From the NCBI GenBank assembly GCA_963699585.1, contig CAVOUK010000003.1, forward strand, positions 139,251 through 203,250: a stretch of DNA of 64,000 nt, written 5' to 3'. Positions 16,638 to 26,486 of this stretch are shown piece by piece. Origin of the DNA: Thermodesulfovibrionia bacterium (lineage in GTDB: Bacteria; Nitrospirota; Thermodesulfovibrionia; UBA6902). The position numbers and the translations under genes were made by a program. Positions within the stretch are counted from its first letter, which is position 1; every line of letters begins with the position of its first letter. The notes beneath the pieces were generated by a model, which saw only the letters and a list, made by a program, of their open reading frames with translations, did not search any database and was not told the DNA's origin.

Positions 16638-17792
16638 ATGAAGAAGGCTTTAATACTGCCTTTGCTTTTACTGGTTTTCGCAAGTTACAGCGAAGCTTCA
16701 AGGCTCTCCTCAGTTAATGGATTCCGCACCAAGTCGTATAAGAATCACTCAAGAATTATTGTTGAACTGGATAGATCTGTAGAGTTTACGAACAACCGCC
16801 TTTCAAAGCCGGACCGCCTGTATTTTGACCTGAAGGACTGTATGCTTCAGAAGAAAAGCGGTTCGCTTAATGCAAGTAGATGACGGCATTTTAAAAACTG
16901 TCAGAGTGGCTCAATTTGACAAAAATACTGTACGGCTCGTACTTGAATCCGGTAAAACTGAAAGCTTTTATGCTTTTATACTTGAAAATCCTTACAGACT
17001 TGTCATCGATGTATATGATCAGAAAAATGCAGAGCCGGCATACAATCAAAGGAAAAAGATATTGAACCGGACCTTGGTGAAATCAAGAAGATCGTTATAG
17101 ATCCGGGACACGGAGGCGACGACCCGGGAGCGATCGGGCCCAGCGGCATACAGGAAAAAGATATTGTTCTTTCTGTGGGTAAAAAACTCGGGGATATACT
17201 TACTGCAAAATATGAAGCGGAAGTAATATTTACCCGTAATAAAGATATATTCATCCCGCTCAACGAAAGGACAGAAACAGCGAATTCAAAGAAGGCTGAC
17301 CTTTTTATTTCCATTCATGCAAATGCAAGTCCCGAGAAGGACACAAGAGGAATAGAGACGTATTTTCTCAACTGGACGGACGATAAAGAAGCAATGAAAG
17401 TTGCCGCAAGAGAAAATAAGATCTCTTTCAAAAAAATGGAAAAGGTGCAGGGTGATCTGCAGATGATCCTGCAGGACCTCAAAAGGAAGAATAAGAACGA
17501 AGAATCAATGAAGCTTGCATCGAGCATACAAAATGCTATGGTCAGCACCCTGAAAGAAAACTATAGCAAGATTCAGGACCTTGGCGTTAAATATGCCTGG
17601 TTTTATGTGCTTGTAGGGGCTGAGATGCCGTCGATCCTTGTTGAGATATCTTTTGTCAGTAATAATGAGGAAGAAAAAAGACTTGCCGAAGATGAGTATA
17701 AAGATAAAATTGCCGAGGCAATTGCATCGGGGATAAATTCATATATTACGCAATCTACACTGATTGTTAAGAAGATGAATAAAGGTATTTAG
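16638..17792 (+). pseudogene. amiC: N-acetylmuramoyl-L-alanine amidase (AMIN domain + Amidase_3), two frameshifts
   Basis: Fragment 16638..16883 has the signal peptide and AMIN (IIVELDR...RLYFDLKD). Fragment 16870..17100 has the rest of AMIN (TVRLVLE...YRLVIDVY). The third frame is open from 17019 to 17792 (KKIVIDPGHGGDDPGA, ISIHANA, EISFVSN). The second break sits at the A5 run 17053-17057. Confidence 0.85.
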
Positions 17793-17969
17793 CCTGAAAA
17801 ATCCTCCTTGATATATTTTGTGCTTTTTTAATTATTGTCCTCACTTTTAGAGTATACTTATCTCTATGATTGCATTGTCATTGACCCAAAGATTCATTCC
17901 GAAGCGTACCAGCTTGCCGGAGCTTGCCAGCTTACCGGCACTGCATGCGAATGACAGAAATAGGTTTTT

Positions 17970-19547
17970 ATGCTTCTTGATTATCTTATCAAAGACGGAT
18001 CCATTATCGACGGAGCTGAAAGAGACAGCATGCCGTTGAAAGCAGATATTGGTGTCAAGGGAGACCGGATAGTTGAGATAGGAAAAATTCCGGAAAGCGG
18101 AGGGGAGAGAATTATTGACGCCAAAGGACTTTGTGTCTGTCCCGGTTTCATTGATGCCCATGCGCATTCTGAATTCACGCTACTTGCCGACGGCAGGGCG
18201 GAAGGAAAGATCCTTCAGGGAATAACAACAGAGATAAACGGCAACTGCGGTTTATCAGCCGCTCCGCTTTATGAAGCAGCTCTTGCACAAAGGGTGAAGG
18301 AGTTTGAAGAATTGGATATCAGTGAGAGATGGAATACCTTTCCCGAGTATTTTGCGCTTTTGAATAAGAGACGGTTCGCCACAAATTTTATCACCCTTGC
18401 AGGCCACGGAAATATCAGGGCATCAGTTGCAGGATATTCTGACAAGGTCCTTTCTGAGACTCAGATAAAGGAAATGATCTTACTCCTTAGAGAAGCAATG
18501 AATGCCGGAGCAAAAGGGCTATCCACAGGGCTCGTGTATCCTCCCGGTATTTATTCGGACCCCGGCGAGATCATTGAGCTTGCAAGGGAGGCGGCAAGAA
18601 ATAACGGTATTTATACAACGCATATGAGGAGTGAGGGAGATATGTTACTGGAGGCTATCGATGAGTCAATAACAATCGCCCGTGAATCAGGAATACATCT
18701 CCATATATCGCATTTAAAAACAAGCGGAGAAAAGAACTGGTGGAAATCTGAAGAAGTTTTCAGAAGGATCCATTATGCACAGGAACATGATATCCAGGTA
18801 ACATGCGACAGATATCCTTATATAGCTGCAGCCACGGACCTTGATGCGATATTACCCTCATGGGCTTTTGAGGGAGGCCGCGATAGAGAAATAGAAAGGC
18901 TGCGGACAGAGAGACAAAGACTCGCCGGCGATATTCTCACTGAACATCCTGAGGAATCTTACTGGGACACTGTCATGATATCATCACTTACATTAGAAAA
19001 GAATAAATGGATGGAAGGCAGGGTCCTTTCGGATATCAGCTCATCTATTGGCAAGTCTCCTATGGAACTGCTTTTTGATCTCCTTTTTGAAGAGGAGCTC
19101 CGGACAGGGGCGATATTTTTTTCGATGAATGAAGAAAATCTTAACGCTGTATTAAAACAGCCATATGCCATAATAGGCAGTGACAGCAGCGCAAGGAGTT
19201 TTGACGGAGTTACTGCAAAAGGTACGCCTCATCCCAGGGGCTTCGGCAGTTTTCCGAGAGTACTGGGAAAGTATGTGAGAGAGCTGAGGATTTTAAAGTT
19301 AAATGAAGCAGTTTTCAAGATGACAGGATTACCTTCGAAAATTTTCAACATTAAACAGCGCGGAGTTATCGCGAAAGGATACTTTGCCGACATCACAATA
19401 TTTGATCCAGAGAAAGTAAATGACAGGGCGGAATTCAATAAACCGTTTCAAAGGCCTGAAGGTATTCATTATGTATTTGTGAACGGCGTTCCAGTTGTTT
19501 CAGACGGTAAGGTTACCGGTGCATTGCCGGGAAGGATATTGATATAA
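17970..19547 (+). CDS. D-aminoacylase / N-acyl-D-amino-acid deacylase family amidohydrolase
   Basis: 525 aa. DGSIIDGA...DIGVKGDRIVEIG...IDAKGLCVCPGFIDAHAHSE, full-length family-like sequence. Confidence 0.85.
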   Translation: MLLDYLIKDGSIIDGAERDSMPLKADIGVKGDRIVEIGKIPESGGERIIDAKGLCVCPGFIDAHAHSEFTLLADGRAEGKILQGITTEINGNCGLSAAPLYEAALAQRVKEFEELDISERWNTFPEYFALLNKRRFATNFITLAGHGNIRASVAGYSDKVLSETQIKEMILLLREAMNAGAKGLSTGLVYPPGIYSDPGEIIELAREAARNNGIYTTHMRSEGDMLLEAIDESITIARESGIHLHISHLKTSGEKNWWKSEEVFRRIHYAQEHDIQVTCDRYPYIAAATDLDAILPSWAFEGGRDREIERLRTERQRLAGDILTEHPEESYWDTVMISSLTLEKNKWMEGRVLSDISSSIGKSPMELLFDLLFEEELRTGAIFFSMNEENLNAVLKQPYAIIGSDSSARSFDGVTAKGTPHPRGFGSFPRVLGKYVRELRILKLNEAVFKMTGLPSKIFNIKQRGVIAKGYFADITIFDPEKVNDRAEFNKPFQRPEGIHYVFVNGVPVVSDGKVTGALPGRILI

Positions 19548-19614
19548 AATTGCAAAATAAAAATTGAACAATGTAAAATGCAGATTGAAAATCGAAAAAG
19601 AAAGGCTATAATCA

Positions 19615-20649
19615 ATGCAGGGTGAACGCTTATCAACAATAATTTATCTGGCAATTGTCTTACTCCTTTTCTATCTTTTTTACAAAATATTAAATCCGTT
19701 CCTCATCACAATTGCATGGGCCATGGTACTGAGCATCACATTTTATCCTCTGTATAAGTTGTTTCTCAAATATGTAAAACGTTCCTGGGCCGCCTCCCTG
19801 CTTACACTCTTTGCTATTTTGATAACGATCTTTGGGCCGTTCTCCTATATTGTCAGTGCTCTCACAGGCGAAATTACAAGTGTCTACATTACAATTGAAG
19901 AAAAGGGCATTGAGGCTATAACAAATATACAGTCGCATCCGCGTCTTCTGGACATAACGGAAAAGCTTTCGTCGTATGAAATGCTGAAAGGATTTGATCT
20001 TCAGTCAAGCATTGTTAGCAGTTTGAAGAAAGTCGGTGAATATGTTGTAACCCATGTCTCTGATGTTTTTACAAACGCATTTGTCCTTGCGTTAAATTTC
20101 ATTATTATGTGTCTTACGATCTATTATTTTCTGAAAGACGGCGAAACTCTCACCGAATTTCTGAAAAGACTTCTGCCGTTTTCCGAAGAACAAAAGCACA
20201 AATTGGTTGAGCGCGTTAAGGAGACAGTAATAGCGGCAGTATACGGTCAGATAGCCGTAGGAATTGTACAGGGAACGCTTGGCTGGATGGCCTTCTGGAT
20301 ATTAGGCCTGCCTTCGCCTGTTTTCTGGGGGACCGTAATGGCCATAGTCTCCTTTGTGCCGCTCTTTGGTACACTTCTCGTCTGGGGTCCGGCGGCGGTT
20401 ATTTTAATCATGTCAGGCAGTTTAGGAAAAGGGATAGGTCTTCTGCTTTTTGGGGCCTTGATAATCAGCAGCATAGACAGCGTCTTAAAACCTTTGATCA
20501 TCGGAGGCAAGGCAAAGCTTCATACCCTTCTTGTTTTCTTCAGCGTTCTTGGCGGGATACAGTTCCTGGGATTTCTCGGTTTTATCCTCGGACCGCTGAT
20601 CGCCGCATTATGTCTCTCACTTTTAGAGATTTATACAGAAGAGGGATAG
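19615..20649 (+). CDS. AI-2E family transporter (PerM/UPF0118)
   Basis: 344 aa, about 8 TM segments. The C-terminal part GLPSPVFWGTVMAIVSFVPLFGT...LKPLIIG is typical of the family. Confidence 0.88.
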   Translation: MQGERLSTIIYLAIVLLLFYLFYKILNPFLITIAWAMVLSITFYPLYKLFLKYVKRSWAASLLTLFAILITIFGPFSYIVSALTGEITSVYITIEEKGIEAITNIQSHPRLLDITEKLSSYEMLKGFDLQSSIVSSLKKVGEYVVTHVSDVFTNAFVLALNFIIMCLTIYYFLKDGETLTEFLKRLLPFSEEQKHKLVERVKETVIAAVYGQIAVGIVQGTLGWMAFWILGLPSPVFWGTVMAIVSFVPLFGTLLVWGPAAVILIMSGSLGKGIGLLLFGALIISSIDSVLKPLIIGGKAKLHTLLVFFSVLGGIQFLGFLGFILGPLIAALCLSLLEIYTEEG

Positions 20650-20658
20650 AGAAGCTTT

Positions 20659-21579
20659 TTAACACAACCCTACCCCCTCCTGATCGGCATCATACGACAT
20701 ATTGAAGATCTCATCACCAGATTGGACCTTTACTTCCATATCTTTCAGATCATTATCTGATATCCCGAGTATGTCACGGGTGCCCTGATCCAGCGAATAG
20801 CCTGGGTCTTTCTCAAAGGGACTGAAAATATCTTTGGATACAATATAGTCTGCAATATGAATGACAGCCACACGCTTGGCATTATTCTTTGAAAGTGACG
20901 GTGTGTGATGATATAAAATTGTATCCATGACAGTATTGGGCAAGCTCCATTGCTCGGCAAGCCAGAATCCTATTTCAGCATGCGAATAACCTATGATGTT
21001 TTTTTCAGCATCAAGAAGAGACCGTGAACACTGAAATGAATCCAGCATGTTCTGATAGACCTCCGGGAAATAACTGTTCAGGACCAGATAGCCTAAATCA
21101 TGCAATAAACCATCCAATAATATATTCTCACCAATGATCGTCCTGAATTTTTTGGCCAGCGACCTGGCTGTCAAGCCCACGATCACTGAGTGATTAAACA
21201 ACCTTTTATAATCAGATGTTATTTTGTTTTCGCCGAATAAAGTAAGCACAGATATTCCAACGGCTATACTTTTTACATTGTTTAGCCCTATCCTCACAAT
21301 TGCGTCGTCGAGCATATTGGTTCGTACTGAAGCCCCAAAAAATGCTGAGTTGGCAACACTGATAACCCTTGCTGATATCGCAGGGTCTCTCTCAATAATA
21401 CCCTTTAGTTCATCAATGGAAAGAAGCGGATCGTTTGTCAGATTCAGTATATGGTGGGCCGTTTCGGGCAAAGTCGGCAGTTTTTCGATTTTCTGAAGAT
21501 TAGATTTGAAAGTATTTCCCATCATATCATTATTTATCGGCACCTTAAGATAATTTCTTAAGTCATCTTCCTGCCGCAA
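20659..21579 (-). CDS. HDOD domain signalling protein
   Basis: 306 aa. LPTLPETAHHILNLTNDP..SIDELKGIIERDPAISARVISVANSAFFG plus an HD-like HDLGYLVL. Confidence 0.85.
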   Translation of the reverse strand: MRQEDDLRNYLKVPINNDMMGNTFKSNLQKIEKLPTLPETAHHILNLTNDPLLSIDELKGIIERDPAISARVISVANSAFFGASVRTNMLDDAIVRIGLNNVKSIAVGISVLTLFGENKITSDYKRLFNHSVIVGLTARSLAKKFRTIIGENILLDGLLHDLGYLVLNSYFPEVYQNMLDSFQCSRSLLDAEKNIIGYSHAEIGFWLAEQWSLPNTVMDTILYHHTPSLSKNNAKRVAVIHIADYIVSKDIFSPFEKDPGYSLDQGTRDILGISDNDLKDMEVKVQSGDEIFNMSYDADQEGVGLC

Positions 21580-21588
21580 ATTTATTGC

Positions 21589-22896
21589 TTATGTCTTCTG
21601 TGAGAGGTACTTCGCTTCTTCCCTGCCTCTATGTTCGTTCACAAAATACAGCAATATCCCGCCGATAATAAAAAAAATGGAGATTGATGAAATGCTCACA
21701 CGCGATGCAATATTGCTGGAATACCCCATTGATCTGACCAGCAGACCTATTCCGCCCATAAATACCGGACCAAGCACAGTTGCGAATTTTCCGATCATAT
21801 TGTAAAAACCAAAATACTCCGCTGATTTCTCAACAGGGATTATTCTTGCATAAAAAGAACGGCTTAATGCCTGGATCCCGCCCTGAACAAGACCAACGGT
21901 TATTGCCAGAATGTAGAATTCGTTCCTGCTTTGCATAAAAGCCCCCCAGATGGAAACGAATAAATAGACCGCTATCGCAGAAAAGATAGCCCTCTTTGCG
22001 CCAATCCTGCTGCCGAGATGACCGAATAATATTGCACATGGAAAACCAACAAATTGTGTAATAAGCAGCGCAACGATCAGATCATTGGCCTTCAAGCCGA
22101 TGGAAATGCCGTAATCAATCGCCATAACTATGATAGTATCCACACCGTCAATATAGAGCCAGTATGCAAAAAGAAAAAGGAATATGGTCTTCAGATGACG
22201 GATCTCGATAAAGGTCTTTTTCAATTGAGCAAGACCGTCCTTGACCGCATTCATGCCTTTTTTAGCATTCGCATTCTCAGGCTCTTTTACAAATAATATA
22301 AGGGGAATTGAAAAGACAGCCCACCAGATACCGACAGAGATAAAAGAAATTTTCACTGCTTCCTGAGCGCCAGTAAAACCGAAAACCTCAGGCTTAAGCG
22401 TCATCCAGACATTCAGGGCAAAAAGGATCCCTCCCCCAAGATAACCGAGTGCAAAACCCAGCGATGAAACAAGATCAAACTTATCTTCAGATGTAATGCC
22501 TGTGATCAATGAATCATAGAAAACATTCCCGCCTGAAAAACCTATTATTGCAAAAATATAGAGTAAAACAGCATGAGGCCAGTTGCCTTCAGAAACCATA
22601 TACAGGGATGAGGTCATCACTATCCCTATGCATGCAAAGAACATAAGAAATTTTTTCCTTGACGTTCCTTTATCTGCAATGGCTCCGAGAACAGGTGCAA
22701 GTAAAGCCACAGTTGTGCCTGCAACAGAATTTGCCAGACCCAGTCTTGCAGTGCTTACAGTAGCATCAACGCCGCTGCTCCAGAACTCTTTAAAAAACAG
22801 CGGAAAGAACCCCGCCATAATTGTTGTGGCAAACGCCGAATTCGCCCAGTCATAAAAGGCCCAGCCGAAGATCGCTTTTTTATTGTCAGTCAGCAT
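21589..22896 (-). CDS. MFS transporter, UMF1 (Atg22-like) family
   Basis: 435 aa, 12 predicted TM segments. The N-terminus IFGWAFYDWANSAFATTIMAGFFPLFF is characteristic of UMF1. Confidence 0.85.
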   Translation of the reverse strand: MLTDNKKAIFGWAFYDWANSAFATTIMAGFFPLFFKEFWSSGVDATVSTARLGLANSVAGTTVALLAPVLGAIADKGTSRKKFLMFFACIGIVMTSSLYMVSEGNWPHAVLLYIFAIIGFSGGNVFYDSLITGITSEDKFDLVSSLGFALGYLGGGILFALNVWMTLKPEVFGFTGAQEAVKISFISVGIWWAVFSIPLILFVKEPENANAKKGMNAVKDGLAQLKKTFIEIRHLKTIFLFLFAYWLYIDGVDTIIVMAIDYGISIGLKANDLIVALLITQFVGFPCAILFGHLGSRIGAKRAIFSAIAVYLFVSIWGAFMQSRNEFYILAITVGLVQGGIQALSRSFYARIIPVEKSAEYFGFYNMIGKFATVLGPVFMGGIGLLVRSMGYSSNIASRVSISSISIFFIIGGILLYFVNEHRGREEAKYLSQKT

Positions 22897-23071
22897 ATTA
22901 ATATCAGCCTATGAGTAAAGTCGTCTCAATTATACTAAAAATTCAAGAACACCGCACTCTTCCTTACTTCCCCGCTTCCCAGCTTTCGCACTTTCTGCCT
23001 TCCGCGCTTACGATCTTAATTCTCTGTGTCCCTGTTAATTTATTCAGTATAATTATGTTATTCTCTGAGAC

Positions 23072-23587
23072 ATGCTGAAAAAACTTAACTTCTTTCTGAA
23101 ACTCCACCTTTACAAGATCCAGGGCCTTCTCGGTCTTGAAAGATGCGACATTATGTCTATCATCAATGATTACTACAGAAATGATTTTTTAAAAATTGAT
23201 AAAAAAGACATTGCCGTTATTCTGCCTCATTGCCTTATTGCTCACAAATGTCCTGCTAAATTCTCTAAATCCGAAGGGGTGATCTGTAATAAATGCAATC
23301 TCTGCGGATGCGGAAAGATCTACGCAATTGCCGAACAGAAAGGCTATCAGTTCTATATCTCTCCAAGTGTGGGGTTTACAAAAAGACTGGCGCAGAGAAA
23401 TGGGCTCAAGGGAGTTATCGGCGTGGCCTGCGATTATGAAATAAAGCGTGGCATACGTTCAGAAAAGATCAGGGGCAAGGGCCTTAAAATTGCCGGCGAC
23501 AGCATCAAAACACAAGGCGTCCGCCTCGATGTGTACGATTGCATTAATAATGATGTCGATTGGGAAAAGATCGAAAAACTTATGTAA
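23072..23587 (+). CDS. DUF116 family protein
   Basis: 171 aa. LPHCLIAHKCPAK...GVICNKCNLCGCGKIY...GYQFYISPSVGFTKRLA...GVIGVACDYE matches the conserved Cys pattern of DUF116. Confidence 0.7.
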   Translation: MLKKLNFFLKLHLYKIQGLLGLERCDIMSIINDYYRNDFLKIDKKDIAVILPHCLIAHKCPAKFSKSEGVICNKCNLCGCGKIYAIAEQKGYQFYISPSVGFTKRLAQRNGLKGVIGVACDYEIKRGIRSEKIRGKGLKIAGDSIKTQGVRLDVYDCINNDVDWEKIEKLM

Positions 23588-23594
23588 GCATATC

Positions 23595-24416
23595 ATGACT
23601 GATGAAGTTAAACTTCTCAAAAGCGAAATAAAGCGTCTGCGTAAAAAGATCACTGATCTCACCCCTTCCCTTGAAACCATGCTGAAGCTCAGGGGATTCA
23701 GGGTATATAAAAAAGAGCCGTCCGAAGACCTGATACTTCCGCAAAAGAAACATATAAATTCCTACCTTGAAAAATTAAAGCGATATTCGTTCCGGTTGTT
23801 CCTCAGGGATGTTATAAAACATCAGGATTTTTTTATACCTGAACAGGTTACAAGATACGCAACAAGGGATGTGACATTGCAGTATATTAACTACCTTCTG
23901 AAAACCGGTGTTATTGAATCAACCGGTGAGGGGTATCGCACAAAAAAACATCCCATAAAAAGTTTTGGTGAGACCCTTGAGTGGTTCATTGCGGAATTAA
24001 TAATAAGGGAATTTGAGGCTACGGCCCTCTGGGGCGTAAAATTCAAAAGACCAAAGGTCGGCGGGGATTATGATATTATTGCGAAGATCGAATCTTTAAT
24101 ACTTTACATGGAGATAAAATCATCCCCTCCGAAACAGATCTGCGATAAGGAAATAACCGCTTTTCTGGACAGGATTGAAGACCTGTCACCCGATATAACT
24201 ATTTTCCTTATTGATACTGAACTGAGGATGAAGGACAAGATCGTTCCCATGTTCGAGGCGGAAATGCATAGGCGTTACAAAAAACCGGCCCCTGTTGAGC
24301 GTATTGAAAAAGAGCTGTTTCATATTAACAGTAAAATCTTTATAATAAACTCCAAAGTCAGCATAGAAGCCAATATCGGTACGGTGTTGAGATTTTACTG
24401 GAGAAAAAATAAATAA
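23595..24416 (+). CDS. hypothetical protein: coiled-coil, winged-helix-like segment and a PD-(D/E)xK-like motif
   Basis: The start is placed at ATG 23595, 8 nt after the DUF116 stop; the ORF-track start 23448 would overlap DUF116 by 140 nt. GGDYDIIAK...ILYMEIKSS looks like D...E-x-K. No family is recognised. Confidence 0.6.
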   Translation: MTDEVKLLKSEIKRLRKKITDLTPSLETMLKLRGFRVYKKEPSEDLILPQKKHINSYLEKLKRYSFRLFLRDVIKHQDFFIPEQVTRYATRDVTLQYINYLLKTGVIESTGEGYRTKKHPIKSFGETLEWFIAELIIREFEATALWGVKFKRPKVGGDYDIIAKIESLILYMEIKSSPPKQICDKEITAFLDRIEDLSPDITIFLIDTELRMKDKIVPMFEAEMHRRYKKPAPVERIEKELFHINSKIFIINSKVSIEANIGTVLRFYWRKNK

Positions 24417-24500
24417 TGATCAATGAATAATTAAAGAACTTTTTGTTGATTACTCATTATTCATTTTACATTGTTCATTGTTTGAAGGGAGATGATCATA

Positions 24501-24662
24501 ATGGAACAAACGATCTGCGCTATATGTGCATGGAGGGCTGACTGTCATAAGAAATTCTCCATAAGCGGAAGAGATACGAGATGCATTGATTTTGCAAAAG
24601 ACCTTTCTATTAAAGAAGAGAAGCAGGAAGAAAAAGAAAAGACTGAGACTAAAAAGAAATAA
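24501..24662 (+). CDS. 53-aa Cys-containing small protein (below the ORF-track cutoff)
   Basis: MEQTICAICAWRADCHKKFSISGRDTRCIDFAKDLSIKEEKQEEKEKTETKKK, with a GGGAG RBS 7-8 nt upstream. It has CxxC, C and C, then a charged tail. Confidence 0.4.
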   Translation: MEQTICAICAWRADCHKKFSISGRDTRCIDFAKDLSIKEEKQEEKEKTETKKK

Positions 24663-24667
24663 TATTT

Positions 24668-25393
24668 TTATTCAGCTACGTTGTTCTGCTCGTCCAGTAA
24701 TTCAGCTTCCTGATGTTCACTCTCAGAAAGGACTATTATTTCTTCAGTATCTGCATGAGACGTAACTGCATTTTGTCCTGTGTAGTCTGATGCCCCCTCT
24801 AACATTTGTTCCTGATTAAAAGATTCTCCTGGTTCTGTTTCATCCGGCAGGCTAACAGGAGCTTCCGGAATATCAACTTCCTGAAACTCCTTGAGCGTTG
24901 GGAGTTCCAACAGGTCCTTTAAACCGAAATACTGCAGGAATTCCTTTGTTGTGCCATACATAAGCGGCCGACCCGGGACCTCTTTTCTGCCTAATATCTT
25001 TACAAGTCTTCTGTCAAGAAGCGTCTTGACGACGCCATCCGAGTTAACCCCTCTGATAGCCTCTATCTCAGCCTTGATGATCGGTTGCTTGTATGCAATT
25101 ATCGCAAGGGTCTCAAGCGACGGTTGTGAAAGTTTTGTAGGCACTGCGGTTGAAAGAAGCTTCTTTACCCACGGGGCACAGGCAGGGTTGGTCACCATCT
25201 GTATCCCGCCGGCGACTTCCGCAATGAGAAGCCCCGTATTTTTTATCGTATATTCGGCAATAAGTTCTTTTACAAGCCGTTCAATCTCTGTACTATCCAT
25301 TTCTAAAATTTTCTGAAGAGTATCAATTGATAACGGTTCACCGGCTATAAAAAATATAGCTTCAAGAACTGATTTTATTTCTTTGTTTTCCAT
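24668..25393 (-). CDS. scpB: segregation and condensation protein B with acidic C-terminal extension
   Basis: 241 aa. LEAIFFIAGEPLSIDTL...LETLAIIAYKQPIIKAEIEAIRGVNSDGVVKTLLDRRLV...GRPLMYGTT. Confidence 0.88.
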   Translation of the reverse strand: MENKEIKSVLEAIFFIAGEPLSIDTLQKILEMDSTEIERLVKELIAEYTIKNTGLLIAEVAGGIQMVTNPACAPWVKKLLSTAVPTKLSQPSLETLAIIAYKQPIIKAEIEAIRGVNSDGVVKTLLDRRLVKILGRKEVPGRPLMYGTTKEFLQYFGLKDLLELPTLKEFQEVDIPEAPVSLPDETEPGESFNQEQMLEGASDYTGQNAVTSHADTEEIIVLSESEHQEAELLDEQNNVAE

Positions 25394-25517
25394 GATTTTT
25401 TAGCTGAAAGGTATTAGCTGAAAGCTGTTAGCTTTTTACTTTCAATGATGTGAAATCGTAACAAAATTTAAACAAAAAAACAATGTTCTTATTTGGAAGT
25501 AGGAGACCTGTGTATAC

Positions 25518-26255
25518 TTAAGAAGCTTTTCTTTGGTATCTTCCCAGCGGATGCTCCTGCAAGACGACTGAATCCTTGCCGTTATTAAGTAATTCCAGCA
25601 TCCTCGTGAGGGATTCATGCCGGAAACTGTGAATGTCCGCAACTGGAATTTCATAAGGGAAACGGTCATCAATAAAGTTGGAGATAGGGGCATAATTAGG
25701 CAATCTCGAAAGTAAGAGAACTCCTTTAAAAATTCGCTTGTGTGTTTTAAAAGAGAAAAAAAGGCTTTCAAGCTTATCTTCCATAAAGACATCATTTTTC
25801 TTCTGCATAACTTTATCGAGATGCTTGAATGTCCTCCTGTACTTCTTATCAACAAGACTCTCTGCCTTTACTTCAAGTATGGAATGTCCGAACGGTACCC
25901 AGCTCTTCTGGAGATTATGCACAACAGTATCTGCGCACAGATGGGTCAGGTAACCATAGACAAACGCCTTTTGCCGGTTTGTCTTTGCCGCTTCAAAAAG
26001 TTTCCAGGCATTGTCCCAGCTATGGGAGTTCTTTTCATGTTCATGGAATCTTCTGCCTAAAAATATATCCGCACTGATATTACCGTATAAAAAATCATTT
26101 TTGTATTTTTTAATTATGCTGTATATACCGGCAGGTATAAGGGCTGCTCCAAAGTCCAATACCTGATAACCAAGGTAAAGATGCGTAAGGGGGCCCCATG
26201 CATCTGCAATAGAGGGGATAAGAAGGATCGACAATAGACAACTAACAATAAACAT
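25518..26255 (-). CDS. zinc-dependent phospholipase C-like family protein
   Basis: 245 aa with a signal-like N-terminus, then AWGPLTHLYLG...SADIFLG...HSWDN...THLCADTVVHN (His-rich metal-site pattern). Confidence 0.55.
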   Translation of the reverse strand: MFIVSCLLSILLIPSIADAWGPLTHLYLGYQVLDFGAALIPAGIYSIIKKYKNDFLYGNISADIFLGRRFHEHEKNSHSWDNAWKLFEAAKTNRQKAFVYGYLTHLCADTVVHNLQKSWVPFGHSILEVKAESLVDKKYRRTFKHLDKVMQKKNDVFMEDKLESLFFSFKTHKRIFKGVLLLSRLPNYAPISNFIDDRFPYEIPVADIHSFRHESLTRMLELLNNGKDSVVLQEHPLGRYQRKAS

Positions 26256-26486
26256 CGTTCTATTAGTTTATTACATTCTCTCCTTTAAAATCTACAGCCC
26301 CACTTTTTACAAGACCTCCAATCATTTAACCTCTTGTAAAGAATAACTAATTTATATGAAAAATTAATTTCGATATTTGAGAAGGTTGACTCATTGATAC
26401 ATATGTGATAGAAGAAAATAAAGTACAGAGGACTGATTATTGGAGCATTTAAAATTAAATCTTCATAGAAAGAGAGGGCATCTAAT

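Noticed and set aside
17911-17938. AGCTTGCCGG x3 tandem repeat, and other short arrays, as CRISPR or VNTR loci
   Set aside because: It has only three degenerate units with no spacers. It fits the REP-like element family better. No CRISPR-like repeat-spacer array exists anywhere in the window.
23448-23594. N-terminal 49 codons of ORF 23448..24416
   Set aside because: This extension overlaps the DUF116 gene by 140 nt in another frame. ATG 23595, just after the DUF116 stop, is the more plausible start.
26394-26407. TTGAT-ACAT-ATGTG upstream of the octahaem cytochrome as an FNR box
   Set aside because: Only the left half-site matches. The right half is not ATCAA or ATCAT, and the spacing to any -10 hexamer differs from the two good palindromes.
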